Below the pieces are notes generated by a model. That model ran no database searches. It was not told where the DNA came from and worked only from the letters and a program-made list of their open reading frames with translations. DNA of 63,041 nt, counting the filler, from Asterionella formosa (lineage: Eukaryota): the NCBI GenBank assembly GCA_002256025.1. It is 20 parts of 20 records of this genome, joined end to end, with 100 filler letters (N's around TTAATTAATTAA, not from the genome) between each part and the next. Parts side by side here need not be neighbours in the genome. Positions count along the whole stretch, not along the records: positions 46,605 to 48,344 come from NKIB01001313.1; positions 48,445 to 50,183 come from NKIB01001315.1; positions 50,284 to 52,021 come from NKIB01001316.1; positions 52,122 to 53,858 come from NKIB01001317.1; positions 53,959 to 55,695 come from NKIB01001318.1; positions 55,796 to 57,532 come from NKIB01001320.1; positions 57,633 to 59,368 come from NKIB01001321.1; 13 more parts are not named here. One strand, given 5' to 3'. A program made the position numbers and the translations under genes. Below, one piece after another: positions 46,605 through 57,917 of the stretch; position 1 is the stretch's first letter; every line of letters starts with the position of its first letter.

Positions 46605-48344
46605 TTGATGATGATGAAACCCTGGCAATCTCAAATTCACCATTTCCATCTTCTTCAATCAGAAGAGAATATCGAGTACCTCCTGTTTTGGATTTCACAA
46701 TTCCAACGTCAACTGGGACAGCTTCCAATTTGTATTGTAAATCTCCAATATCTTCGCCAAGAAACTGACTACAAGCGGTTCCGATCACCATGTTCTCCAC
46801 CATTCTCGCCCCACTTTGAATATCCATCACATCTTTGCGTTTCTGGGAAGTCCTGGCTGGTAATTTACACAAGAATTTAAGATTCTTTTCCATTAGACCT
46901 CCATTAAAAACCTGTGGACTTCCGAAACGATGAATGTTTCTTACAGTATGCATCTGTTGATGAAACTTCGCAAGCTTCCATCCCTGAGAGGTTGTTGTTC
47001 TCGGGCATTCTTTTACCAGCTTAGTAAAATAGTTGACAACGCTTTGGTGTTCCTGTGGTAAATTTCCCACATCATAACTCTCTTTACTAAACCAGGCATT
47101 GTAGCAGAGCATCCCTTCGAATAGACCTTGAAAGTTTCGAATTCCTTGATTGGTCATACCACTTTCTTCTCGGCAGATTTTGATTCCAGCATCACATGCC
47201 ATGACAACACAGGCAATAAGCATCACTCCGATTCTTTCGTTAGCAGTTATTTTCGTTTTGCAACCATGAAAGCCGAAATTGAAGGAACAACGAGGAAGGT
47301 CTCGGTCACTCTGGTGAAGGAAGAGTTTAGATATGTTGTTGAACAACTGGTCAAACAGTTTTCGATTGGAATTACCCTTCACTGTTTTGGGGCGCCCGAT
47401 CATATAAGAATATAGCACATGAGGTGATCCATTATTCCTTCTTGAATGGAATGGAGTTTTTCAGAAGGAACGTGCCCATTTACACCAAGAGGATCGCCAC
47501 CAAAACACAACTGATACCAAAAGGGATAGATGAATCTTTGGCTCACATTATCCAATAAATCTTTTATGCCCCGGATTAATAGTTCCTCGTCATCAATCTG
47601 ACCTACAGGACTGCATTCATGAGATGGATTGTCCGTTTGATCAAACGGTCAATAACATTCACGACATATTCTGGCAGTCTTTAGATATGTTTTCTTTCGT
47701 CCGCATTGTCCATCTAAACCTTCAGCATCACCGAGAATTAGACCAACCGGAACTTTCACATTAAGTGTAAATTGATTGCCTCCGAAATTGAAAATGTGTT
47801 TGAATCCACCAGCTTGTTGGACATTCTTGACCCCCTCAAGAATCACACCAAGGACAGCGTGATAATCGGATTCCTTTTAATCGGGGGTTAGGGACTGGAT
47901 TTCAGATAGACTTGATGAGGTCAGCTTTGGGATCAATCCGATTGGCCGCCATGCATTGATCTTATTTCTCACATTGGTAGTAAATATACCAAGTGACATT
48001 AGGACAGGCTCCATTGTATACTTTCCTTTTTCAACCGTGTGTGTCTTGTCAATAAAGAACATGAGTGGAACAAGGAAGTCATTTGGCTGAGAACATAAAT
48101 ATTCATGGGCATCTATCCACCAGGTACCAGTGTGAAATTCGGATCTGACACTGGTGGGTTGTGGTGCTTTACACAGATTGACGAAATCAAATGACACATT
48201 TTGTGGTGACATTAGTATGTCATTTGTCAAGAGATTCTTAACCTGAGCCATGAAATCAAAACATACAACATCAATCAGTTTTCCATCATGCAATATGGCC
48301 TGTTTCACCTGGGGAGTTAAATCATTCATGTTAAATCGGTTTTG
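46605..48344 (-). pseudogene. Plavaka/CMC-like DDE transposase pseudogene
   Basis: Three ORF pieces form one protein: FIDKTH...EPV...LG, AWRPIG, GDAEG.D..CG, CREC, EKLHSIQEG, KFHQQMH...FGSP...E..LK; in-frame stops at 47877 and 47649 and a frameshift near 47420. Confidence 0.75.
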
Positions 48345-48444
48345 NNNNNNNNNNNNNNNNNNNNNNNNNNNNNNNNNNNNNNNNNNNNTTAATTAATTAA
48401 NNNNNNNNNNNNNNNNNNNNNNNNNNNNNNNNNNNNNNNNNNNN

Positions 48445-48768
48445 AAGCAACTGTCCGCCACTTCATCACCTCCGCCCAATCCCCGAATAACTTTAGTTCT
48501 GACATCTTCAACTGTGACTTCAATTCCGTAGCGTGAGAGAAGAAAGAAAACGATGTCTTCGTCTGAAAGGTAGAAGAAAGGTATTAGAAAGAAGCAATGC
48601 AACTCTGCAAAGACAACATGAGCATGCGAACAAAAGTTTGGTGTACGTACCGTTAATGGATCCGTTGGTTCGAATTCCACTCATATCTGTCTGACAGAGG
48701 GCAGAAATGTATTCTAGCTCCCGGACATCTGCGTTCGCCCCTATGGGCCTTTGGAATCCAATTGTCAT
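48445..48768 (-). CDS. 5' part of a hypothetical gene; exons 48768-48651 and 48562-contig end
   Basis: An 88-bp intron GTACGT...TTTCAG joins two ORFs in frame (GSIN-D-EDIVFFLLSRYG). Confidence 0.75.
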
Positions 48769-49466
48769 CTTGATTGGTATTATCGATGCAACGAATGATC
48801 AGCTGACAAAACAAAGCACCGGTAGGCAGGTATTAGAAATGTTTTTACAATGAGCAAATTCATTCCTCAAGTCTTACACCCTCGCGCTTCATTTACCTGG
48901 TACCAGAACAGTACCGGTACTCTCAGGTAGTTACCTGGTACCAGGGTACCTGGTAGACCAGCTGTGCATGATGAATTGAAGTTTGGCTGATGGATACAGA
49001 TTAAATAATACGCACACCAGGACATACATATTCTAGTACATGTATTATTTATCTCGGGAGGATATTCTGAACCACAACAAAAAACACGACTTGAAGGATA
49101 CATATGGTTGGTGTGAGAAAGAAGGGCGCGTGCATCATTTTCACCTTCATTGTTGTTCTTGCTTTGAGTTCGGTAGACTACCTGGTACCAGGTACCAGGT
49201 ACCTTGTATTACATCCGATACAGCGGCCCAACCGGTACCACATACTGTAAATAGGCAATCCTCAAGCAAAGAAAACAATAACGGTGTGGAAAATTGTTAC
49301 TCTGGAGTGCGTATAATAAGCCTGTGAATCACGATACCTGGTACCTGGTACCGTAGTGGGTTACATATGGCACCTGGTAGTTTGTACGGAATGTGTCACC
49401 AGTTTTGAGGGCAAACCCTCCTGGTCCTGGCTACAGCATACATACAAACTAGGAAAAGGTACCTGG

Positions 49467-49667
49467 TGAAGTATCTACTGGTAACTAGAAGTAGTAGTAT
49501 TAGTTAATCCTTGTGCGCATCTTGATCTCCTACCGGTAGGTTGACACTAAAGTACCGGGGTATTCAAATAGTTGTTTGTCGAGTTCTCTCCTGATAGAGT
49601 TCTGATATATCTACCGGTATGTAAACCTAACCCTATAGGTATGTCTGGTGTTGAGCGAGATCGCTCA
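49467..49667 (-). mobile_element. Old, diverged solo LTR of family B
   Basis: Begins TGAAGTATCT and ends AGATCGCTCA, the reverse complement of the family B ends; flanks CCTGG/CCTGC. Confidence 0.85.
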
Positions 49668-49937
49668 CCTGCAAGTTGCGGTCATTTTGCCGAAAATGGA
49701 ACGCGGCGCCGGCAAGCACTGATATTCGACTCCCCGCTAATATTACTTAGACATTTAGAAAACTCAAACGGTTTCGCGCTGGCCAATAAATTTCCTTATT
49801 ATCAAAATCTAATTTTAAAGAATAATTTTCTGAAGAAACCAGTTTCCGAACCTTGCTACGATTAGGGGTTTTTGGATTGGGGGGGTTTCCCCCTAATCGC
49901 AATTTTGAGTTTCAAGACTCCTTATTCGAGAAATCTC
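49668..49937 (+). repeat. Dispersed repeat family D copy
   Basis: Matches 28261-28457 and 19270-19318 in reverse complement. Confidence 0.85.
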
Positions 49938-50058
49938 CTAGTTTATATGCATTTCTGTTTTCAAACAGTGGTTGTGGTAAATATCGTTATGCATCATACA
50001 TAGGAGTACTACGTAGTACATCCATCTTGCATCCCTGTATGCATACCTATATCAACTA

Positions 50059-50183
50059 CCGTATACTTCATTGTCCTGGACCCCCCAATGTACACTGCCG
50101 TGACTGAATTTGACTGATTTTACTTAAGGGGGGCCCAGGACAATGAAGAGATTTCCCTTATAATGGACCTAAGTAAATTTCTT
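50059..50183 (+). mobile_element. Probable end of a Tc1/pogo(Tc2)-type element
   Basis: TA|CCGTA start; 21-bp inverted repeat CTTCATTGTCCTGG(A/G)CCCCCC at 50066-50086 and 50128-50148; the other end is off-contig. Confidence 0.5.
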
Positions 50184-50368
50184 NNNNNNNNNNNNNNNNN
50201 NNNNNNNNNNNNNNNNNNNNNNNNNNNTTAATTAATTAANNNNNNNNNNNNNNNNNNNNNNNNNNNNNNNNNNNNNNNNNNNNTCTGCCTCCTCATTGGC
50301 ACTCCGTTCCTCTACACCGGATCTAAATTTATTACAGAGGAGCTTCTCTTCCCTGGTAAATTCATTGC

Positions 50369-50665
50369 TTTCTCCAGTGATTTCGCCTATTGATCGACCA
50401 ACACTTGCTACACTTCCTCCTGATGCACCCCCAGTTTCTTCTGCATCTCCAGTCGCTTCTCCTAGCCCAATCACAGAGGGTCCAATTACATCTGTTTCTC
50501 CAGTGATTTCGCCTATTGACCGACCAACAGTTGCTACACTTCCTCCTGATGCACCCCCAGTTTCTTCTGCATCTCCAGTCGCTTCTCCTAGCCCAATCAC
50601 AGTGGGTCCTATTACATCTCTTTCTCCAGTGATTTCTCCTATTGACTGACCAACAGTTGCTACAA
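50369..50665. repeat. 126-bp tandem repeat (about 2.3 units), frame-preserving and possibly coding
   Basis: Unit TTTCTCCAGTGATTTCGCCTATTGA... at 50369, 50495 and 50621; open on both strands (G/E-rich on minus, P/S/T-rich on plus). Confidence 0.85.
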
Positions 50666-50925
50666 TTCCTTGTTGAACAGAGCACAGTGTAATATGCATG
50701 TTCCGCCAGCGTAGTGTTTACACAATACACATGCTCGCATACACTGGTATATAGCTAAAACAAGGAAAGACACGACAATGAATGTGATGGCTGGCTGTTG
50801 AGGATACCGGTATGTGATATGCATCAATCCATATCACAAATCATATTATAGTGATGTACATATCAACGCATCCGTATACTTAGATCCTATCCACTGTATA
50901 ATACTATCATATTAACTGTTGACTT

Positions 50926-52021
50926 TAACTGTATACATTAAACGACAAACACATATATTAATTAACATACTTTATGATTGCTTGATTTATTTTCTATGAT
51001 GTCTTGGTAATACTTGCGTACATATTTTATCGTATTTTATTATCATTGTATTATTTTGACATAATCATATTTTGATCAAAATTATATCATATATATTTTA
51101 TAAAATCATCATAATTTTATGATCAGTGTATCATAGTTCTGTGATGTGCTTTATTCATTATTACGTATCATACTTTGGTGATGTATGAATCGATGTAACC
51201 TTATCATGATATCACAGTATCATCTTATCAATCATGATGAGATGATTGGGAAGCAACTGTATTCTGCATCGTGCTACAGGGTATATTATTATATCATGCA
51301 ATTTAGTAGCGAAGTCACTCCGCCTGTAATGTACTAAAGTCGACAGTGCACATACCGGGTACCGGTACTCAAACGCTAATCAGGTTTGAGGCAACGGACA
51401 GTGGTTCCAACGAGCGAATGATGATACGGTACCAATTTTTCCAACGAAAGAACTTGTCTCTCTATTGATGAGGATGACACGGACACGGACACGGACACAG
51501 ACACGGACACAGACACGGACACAGACTTTTCCAGGAGCAAACAACAATGAAGAGACCCACTTGTCGCTCTATTGATGTTTACAAAGATGCGGACAAGTTC
51601 AACAGTGAATACAAGAACAACATACCAATGAAAACAAGTCGACAGTGTGTGCACGCACACGGCAAGCAAGTTTGAGGCAACGGACCATTCCAACAAGCAA
51701 AAACTGTATACATTAAACGACAAACATATATATTAATTAACATACTTTATGATTGCTTGATTTATATTCTATGATGTCTTGGTAACAAGTTGATGCGGAC
51801 AAGTTCAACAGTGAATACAAGAACATCATACCATTGAAAACAAGTCGACAGTGTGTGAACGCACACGCCAAGCAAGTTTGAGGCAACGGACCATTCCAAC
51901 AAGCAAATGACGATACAGATATCAAATTCTTCCTACGAGCAAACAACAAGGAAAAGAGCCACTTGCTTTCGCTCTCTTGATGGTATCAAAGATGCGGACA
52001 AGTTCAATAGTTGATTCAAGT
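50926..52021. repeat. Complex rearranged tandem-repeat region with a (GACAC[G/A])n microsatellite
   Basis: GTTTGAGGCAACGGAC three times, GATGCGGACAAGTTCAA three times; ~80-bp block 50926-51010 repeated at 51702-51785; hexamer run 51475-51525. Confidence 0.8.
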
Positions 52022-52121
52022 NNNNNNNNNNNNNNNNNNNNNNNNNNNNNNNNNNNNNNNNNNNNTTAATTAATTAANNNNNNNNNNNNNNNNNNNNNNN
52101 NNNNNNNNNNNNNNNNNNNNN

Positions 52122-53858
52122 CATTAATTGATGGTGTACCCAAGGCATGAAATAGATCACGAGCTCGCTTAGCTCTCTGAAATTGACGTTCAGTGTAAAA
52201 TGTTTTGTTTTCTTCAAGTGTATTTAACATTTGAGCATTCTCCGCTCTCGTTCTTGTAGTTGGCTTGAAAACATATAAGTTCATCCCAATTCTTTCAAAT
52301 CGAACTGTTTTGTCAGGCAAATGAACAATGAATGCATCTTCTTTCTCAGAGTCATAGGTAATTCTGTACCTATCTGCCATTTCGGCATAACTGAAGATGT
52401 TTGTGATTGCCTTTTCATTAAACCATACTTCTCCCCATTCTGGAAGATCAGCCTTCATATTAGTTACCATGGATCCACCATTTGTGGCCAGGTGCATGCT
52501 TCCGTTGGTTGACATTCGAATGTTATTAACCATTTTTGGATTGCAAAAGACTGTGACACTTGATTGATTATCCAATAGTATCCAGTCACGCATCTCAGAT
52601 GCTTGGTAAAATTGTAGTTTCATATGAGCTCCCATCCATCCAAATTGATTGGCATTTGCTTGTTGTGAAGCTTGTGATGACGGTGGGTTGTTGGAATTAA
52701 CAGAGGTAACTGTACTTGTGTCGGATGTATTAGCCTGTGCCTGTGCATGGCTTTGGGCCTTGTTAATTGCCCATTCCTCTTTGGGTTTATTCTTGTCTCG
52801 ACACGAAGGAGATTTGTGACCTGCTTTTCCGCAGCAGTAACATTTTCCTTCTAACTGTGCAAACGATAAGTTCACATCTTCGTCTTCGTTGCCTCCATCC
52901 TTTTGTTTCCTCTCTTTATCATTATCTCCTGGTTTCTTGTAGACAGATTTATTTGTTACGTCAAACCGATGGTTGCTGAGAACATTGTTTGATTCGGTGA
53001 TGCTCTTCGGGTATTGATCGTTGCCGAGTGACTGTTGAGTGTTCAGCCCGGTCATAATTGATCCGTATTTGGTCTTGTCGGCATTATCGAGATATAAATA
53101 TGCCATAAATTGACTGAAAGCTTGTTCACGAAATTTATCTCGTTGCTTGATGTCGGTCTCGTTGTATCCATCTATGGCTTCAACGAACTTGGTGAGGATA
53201 ATGGGTCCTCCCATGTGTGACTTGAGCACATCACGTGCCACACGGAATCTCTTGGTGTAGTCTTGTAGACTTTCTCCCTCTTTCTGCTTTGTAAATAAAA
53301 GCGTTTTCATCGCGTCTAAAATGATCGACATTGAATATCGATTTTCTTGAAAATTTAGTGCGTGTTCTTTAATTGCCATAAGCAATGTTATTGGGTTATT
53401 TTTGATCCTATTGTAATCGGATCTTGCTTCAATCTTGTTCTTCATGGCTTTGTTGCATCTTTCCCAGAGCAACGCATATGCCTTGGTATTATTATTTTCG
53501 TAGGCCTGTACCCTTTTACTGTAGGTGTCATAGTCAGCCTTGAACTCAATCTCATATTGTCGATTCTCTGCAGCGCGATCTTCTTCTGTTGTTGCAATGC
53601 TCACTTGCATTCTTGGCTTCCATGCCAATGTGCTCATTGGTTCTAATAACTCGAGCGCGGTTCCTATGTCGTTGCCATAGTCGAACACTTTCTTGATATG
53701 ATTGATGAGGTACTCAGTAGTAGTCTCATAATCAGATGCCTGCTTCGATGATCCGAGGTAGTAGTTATAGTCATTGACTGACTTCTTGATTGATTGAGAA
53801 GCAATATTGCTCCCTCCCTTGGCTTGAAACTTGCCCTTGGCTTGAGCCTTCTTGGTAA
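52122..53858 (-). mobile_element. Ty1/Copia gag-protease fragment, second copy of the 7368-9108 family
   Basis: Nearly identical protein; extends further 5' (TKKAQAKGKFQAKGG...YYLGSSKQASDYETTTEYLINHIKK). Confidence 0.92.
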
Positions 53859-53978
53859 NNNNNNNNNNNNNNNNNNNNNNNNNNNNNNNNNNNNNNNNNN
53901 NNTTAATTAATTAANNNNNNNNNNNNNNNNNNNNNNNNNNNNNNNNNNNNNNNNNNNNTATAATTCCGGTGGTTGACC

Positions 53979-55434
53979 ATGGCCCCAGAAGCGGAAAGCA
54001 AGATCCGCCACCGCCGCGGCGAGCATCCGGCTTCCAGCAAGCCGAAAATTTCGGAAGAGCGAGTGATTTCAAGCGTCGAAGGCCTGAAGGATAACGAAGT
54101 TGCTATTGATGGAGTAATTTATGACTTGGACTCCTTTGTTCATCCTGGTGGGTCCACCATTGGCATCTTTGGAGGCAACGATGTCACGGTCCAGTACAAA
54201 ATGATTCACACATACCATACAAGTAAGCATTTGGAGAAGATGAGGAAAGTTGGAAGCCTTGTGGACTATAGGAGCGAGTGAGTGTGTGTGTGGTGTGGAC
54301 TGTCACCAAAATACTGCTGAAATTGGTACAAATGTTCCCATCTCACCCGACACGATTCGCAGATACATGTTTGATACTCCCTTTGAAAGAGAATTGAAAG
54401 CAGAAGTATTCAAGATTGTGAGGCGTGGAAAGGAGTTTGGCACGTACGGATGGTACTTTCGTTGTGCAGTTTACCTTATCGTATTCTTCGGTCTGCAATA
54501 TCGATGGGTCGTTCATGGATCCTCCATCTCATTGGCTATTTTCTACGGAATCGCCCAAGCCTTGATTGGAATGAACGTTCAGCACGATGCCAACCATGGA
54601 GCAGCCTCAAAAAATCCTTGGATCAATGATGTGCTTGGGCTCGGCGCAGACATGATCGGAAGTTCCAGATGGTTATGGATGGAGCAACATTGGACTCATC
54701 ATGCCCACACAAACAATGCTGACAAGGACCCAGATGCTACAACAGCCGAGCCATTTCTCCTATTTAATCATTACTCAGTGGATCATGTAGCTCGCAAGTG
54801 GTTTCACAAGTTTCAAGCTATCTACGCCACTTTTTTGATGTCGGCATATTGGTTGGCATCAGTAACTAATACTGAAGTATTGGACTTGAAGCATTCGGGT
54901 GCTGCAAAGGCAGGGATACGAATGGAGAATGGCTATATCAAGGGTTGTCGCAAGTATGCCACTGCTTTGCGAATCTTGTACATTTACGTGAATATCATTA
55001 CTCCCTTTCAACGCGCACCCTTCCTCACTGCCTTTGGACATGTCATGCTCATGGGCGTGGCTGGATCACTTGTCTTGGCCATTTTGTTTTCCATGTCGCA
55101 CAACTTTCAAGGTGCTGAGCGTCACCCTACTAGTCAAAACGATAGTCCCGTCTGTTGGTTCAAATCTCAAGTAGAAACGTCGTGTACGTATGGAGGTTTT
55201 GTGTCGGGAGCCCTGACTGGAGGTCTAAACTTTCAAATTGAGCACCATTTATTTCCGCGCATGTCGTCAGCATGGTATCCGTACATTGCCCCGACGGTGA
55301 GAGATGTATGTCAGAGGCATGGCGTCCGGTACACGTACTATCCTTGGATGTGGCAAAATTGGAGGTCCACACTCCAGTACATGCACGAGACTGGAAATGC
55401 GTCATGGAAGGAGGGCAATCCATACTCTGGGTAA
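53979..55434 (+). CDS. Front-end (delta-5-like) fatty acid desaturase; exons 53979-54277 and 54363-55434
   Basis: Cytochrome b5 HPGG; His boxes HDANH, HWTHH, QIEHH; an 85-bp GT-AG intron restores DYRSE-YMFDT; resembles Phaeodactylum PtD5. Confidence 0.95.
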
Positions 55435-56188
55435 CGAACTAGGTAATCATTTTCGGCTAAACAACAAATCACAAAATTGTAATCCACGGAGACAAATTGG
55501 CTGCCACTTCTTCAAGTATTTACTTTTCTTTACCGGAATATATTAGTCATATGTTTTATCCTCGGCTTGACACACTTCATTTGAACTCTGAGCATGTTGT
55601 AGTGAATGCATGGTACCTGGTACCAGTTACCAGGTTTGAGGTATTTGATTGGAATCATACTTTTCGTACATGGCAGTATTCGGGTATGTACGTACNNNNN
55701 NNNNNNNNNNNNNNNNNNNNNNNNNNNNNNNNNNNNNNNTTAATTAATTAANNNNNNNNNNNNNNNNNNNNNNNNNNNNNNNNNNNNNNNNNNNNGAGAC
55801 AACAAAGAGTCGAACCTTACGCGCTGATTCAACTGGAAGCACCGACAATTCGATGTGCTCAAAGATGGTCTGTGACTGTTGCGGAAGTACAAGTTTTGAC
55901 CACGAAGCAAACGGATGTGATCATGAGGAGCGTTCCCTTCACTTTTTTGAGCATCCTTCCACCTAGTTGTTTGATGTGTGTTCATCTCGCCATCCAACAC
56001 AACGAGGGAACATGGTACAGGCACAACAAGAAAGGATTTCGAACATGGTGACACCACAGGACGAGTGTCAATTGTTGATGTCATGTTGCGGGAATGAATG
56101 GTGTCATCGGAAGTTTATCCACGGAAATATAGGGTTTAATGTCTAAAAACATATCACCAAAAGGTTTATGCTAAAGAGAAAGTTACAT

Positions 56189-57532
56189 CTATTGTTTAAG
56201 TTTTTCCCCTTTATCCTTGAATGCCCCCGATTGCGTGTAGAGTCGCAGAAAGTCGACAAAACTCAATCTATTCTTGTCTTTTTCGCTTGTATAGGTGTCG
56301 AATAAAGTATCAACTTCCTTTTGAGGGGGAGGATTCCCGGCTTTCTCAAGCGCAAGATAGGAGAAGCCTTTTCGAACCTCGGCTTTCGACAGAGTCTTGT
56401 TTTTATCAAAATCAAAGATATAGAAGAGCCGTTTCACTGCACTGAACACTCTAGGATCCATCTTTGCTCCGAAGGCTCGTAGGACTTGGTCGACATCTTT
56501 TTGGACGGTCGATGGCAGAGGTTCAAGGAACATGGTCTCTGCATATTCAACTTGTGAGTTAGCGTCGATCCAGGTTTTAAAAAAGACACTAAAGTCATAC
56601 ACAGCATGAGCGACGATACAAGGTACCAAATCCCCTCCGCTCAAGAGATACAGAAGCCCAAATATAAATCCATTCACTATCTGAAGACCAACAACAATAA
56701 TGTTCTCGGCCCAACCAGTTGAAGGTTGAGCGTGGCCCAAGCCAAACAACAACGCTTGACCGATCAATGGTAGGAGTGGATACCCTCCAAAGTAATGGCT
56801 TAACAAGGCGGGAATCTCCATTCGAAAGACAGTCTCTTCACAAATCCCTGTTGCACTCGCAAGGGCAAAACTCCACAAGAGCACATCCATAGTGCCTGTT
56901 GTTGGCATGGTGGTTCCTTTCAATCGTTCCGGCAAAAATTCGGACGGAGGACTCTTGCGTCTACCGAAGAGAGTCAAAACCATGGTAATGGTGGAGAAGT
57001 TAACGTTGGCAAAGGCTCTATTATCAGAATTTTCCACTAAATTTCCAATGGCGATAATGGGAAGGGCACCAAGAAATCCAAGGGCAACTCGAATCGGTGA
57101 CATTGTTAGATCAATATTTCCTTCACCGCCCCAGTGAAGAATCTCTTGAAAGTGAGAGAACCCGTCAATACCATCGGTTCCAAAGAAAATAGCAGCTAGA
57201 ATGACATTTGCCGCTAGCAAGATAAGGCATTGGTTGATGAGAAGCGCCAAGATCAATCGAAGATTCATGGCGCTCTTAGGACCTCGATTGGCCAAGTTTT
57301 CCGTCATATTGAAGCCGGGTGGAGCACGTGTTTGCACCTGGAGCATCGTCGAATCATCGTCGTCTTCTTCCAATTCACGATATCGGAGTGGAACCAATCG
57401 CGACCGATGGGTTGGACGTAACGCTTCAAGTACATACTTCGTGCTTGGCTGGATGGAAAAGGCAGCCGTACCGAGGCGAAGATGCATCGCAGCCAGCGAA
57501 GCGAGCAAAAAAACAGTTGGAATAATTCTCAT
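56189..57532 (-). CDS. CPBP (CAAX protease/Abi) intramembrane metalloprotease with C-terminal EF-hand, probably plastid-targeted
   Basis: EETVFR, FGLGH and HAVYD motifs; DFDKNKTLSKAE loop; presequence ending TAA-F. Confidence 0.85.
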   Translation of the reverse strand: MRIIPTVFLLASLAAMHLRLGTAAFSIQPSTKYVLEALRPTHRSRLVPLRYRELEEDDDDSTMLQVQTRAPPGFNMTENLANRGPKSAMNLRLILALLINQCLILLAANVILAAIFFGTDGIDGFSHFQEILHWGGEGNIDLTMSPIRVALGFLGALPIIAIGNLVENSDNRAFANVNFSTITMVLTLFGRRKSPPSEFLPERLKGTTMPTTGTMDVLLWSFALASATGICEETVFRMEIPALLSHYFGGYPLLPLIGQALLFGLGHAQPSTGWAENIIVVGLQIVNGFIFGLLYLLSGGDLVPCIVAHAVYDFSVFFKTWIDANSQVEYAETMFLEPLPSTVQKDVDQVLRAFGAKMDPRVFSAVKRLFYIFDFDKNKTLSKAEVRKGFSYLALEKAGNPPPQKEVDTLFDTYTSEKDKNRLSFVDFLRLYTQSGAFKDKGEKLKQ

Positions 57533-57917
57533 NNNNNNNNNNNNNNNNNNNNNNNNNNNNNNNNNNNNNNNNNNNNTTAATTAATTAANNNNNNNNNNNN
57601 NNNNNNNNNNNNNNNNNNNNNNNNNNNNNNNNATACCGCAGACTACTCCTACCAGCCATGGTCTGGTATGCCCAGCGTGTCACCGTGCATCCAGTCGTAT
57701 GAAGTCCAGACGAGTCCAGTTGACAGAACACAACAAGCAGGTGCATTTCTGCTTCTTGCTTGCGTCTTGGCGGCCCATCAAGCAAATACAAAATAATCAC
57801 TGCCTACCTGGTACTTGGATTATTACATAGGCATGGATCAAAATACAGCGCCAATCACAATATCATAGAAAAAAGTCGACAAGGACGACAATAAGTGCAA
57901 TTAGAGCAACACAGAAC

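Noticed and set aside
47649..47879. In-frame TAA/TGA as stop-codon reassignment or selenocysteine
   Set aside because: Accompanied by a frameshift, and host genes use TAA, TAG and TGA as normal stops
50926..52021. CRISPR-like repeat-spacer array
   Set aside because: The intervening sequences are themselves repeated and irregular; no cas genes; eukaryotic context
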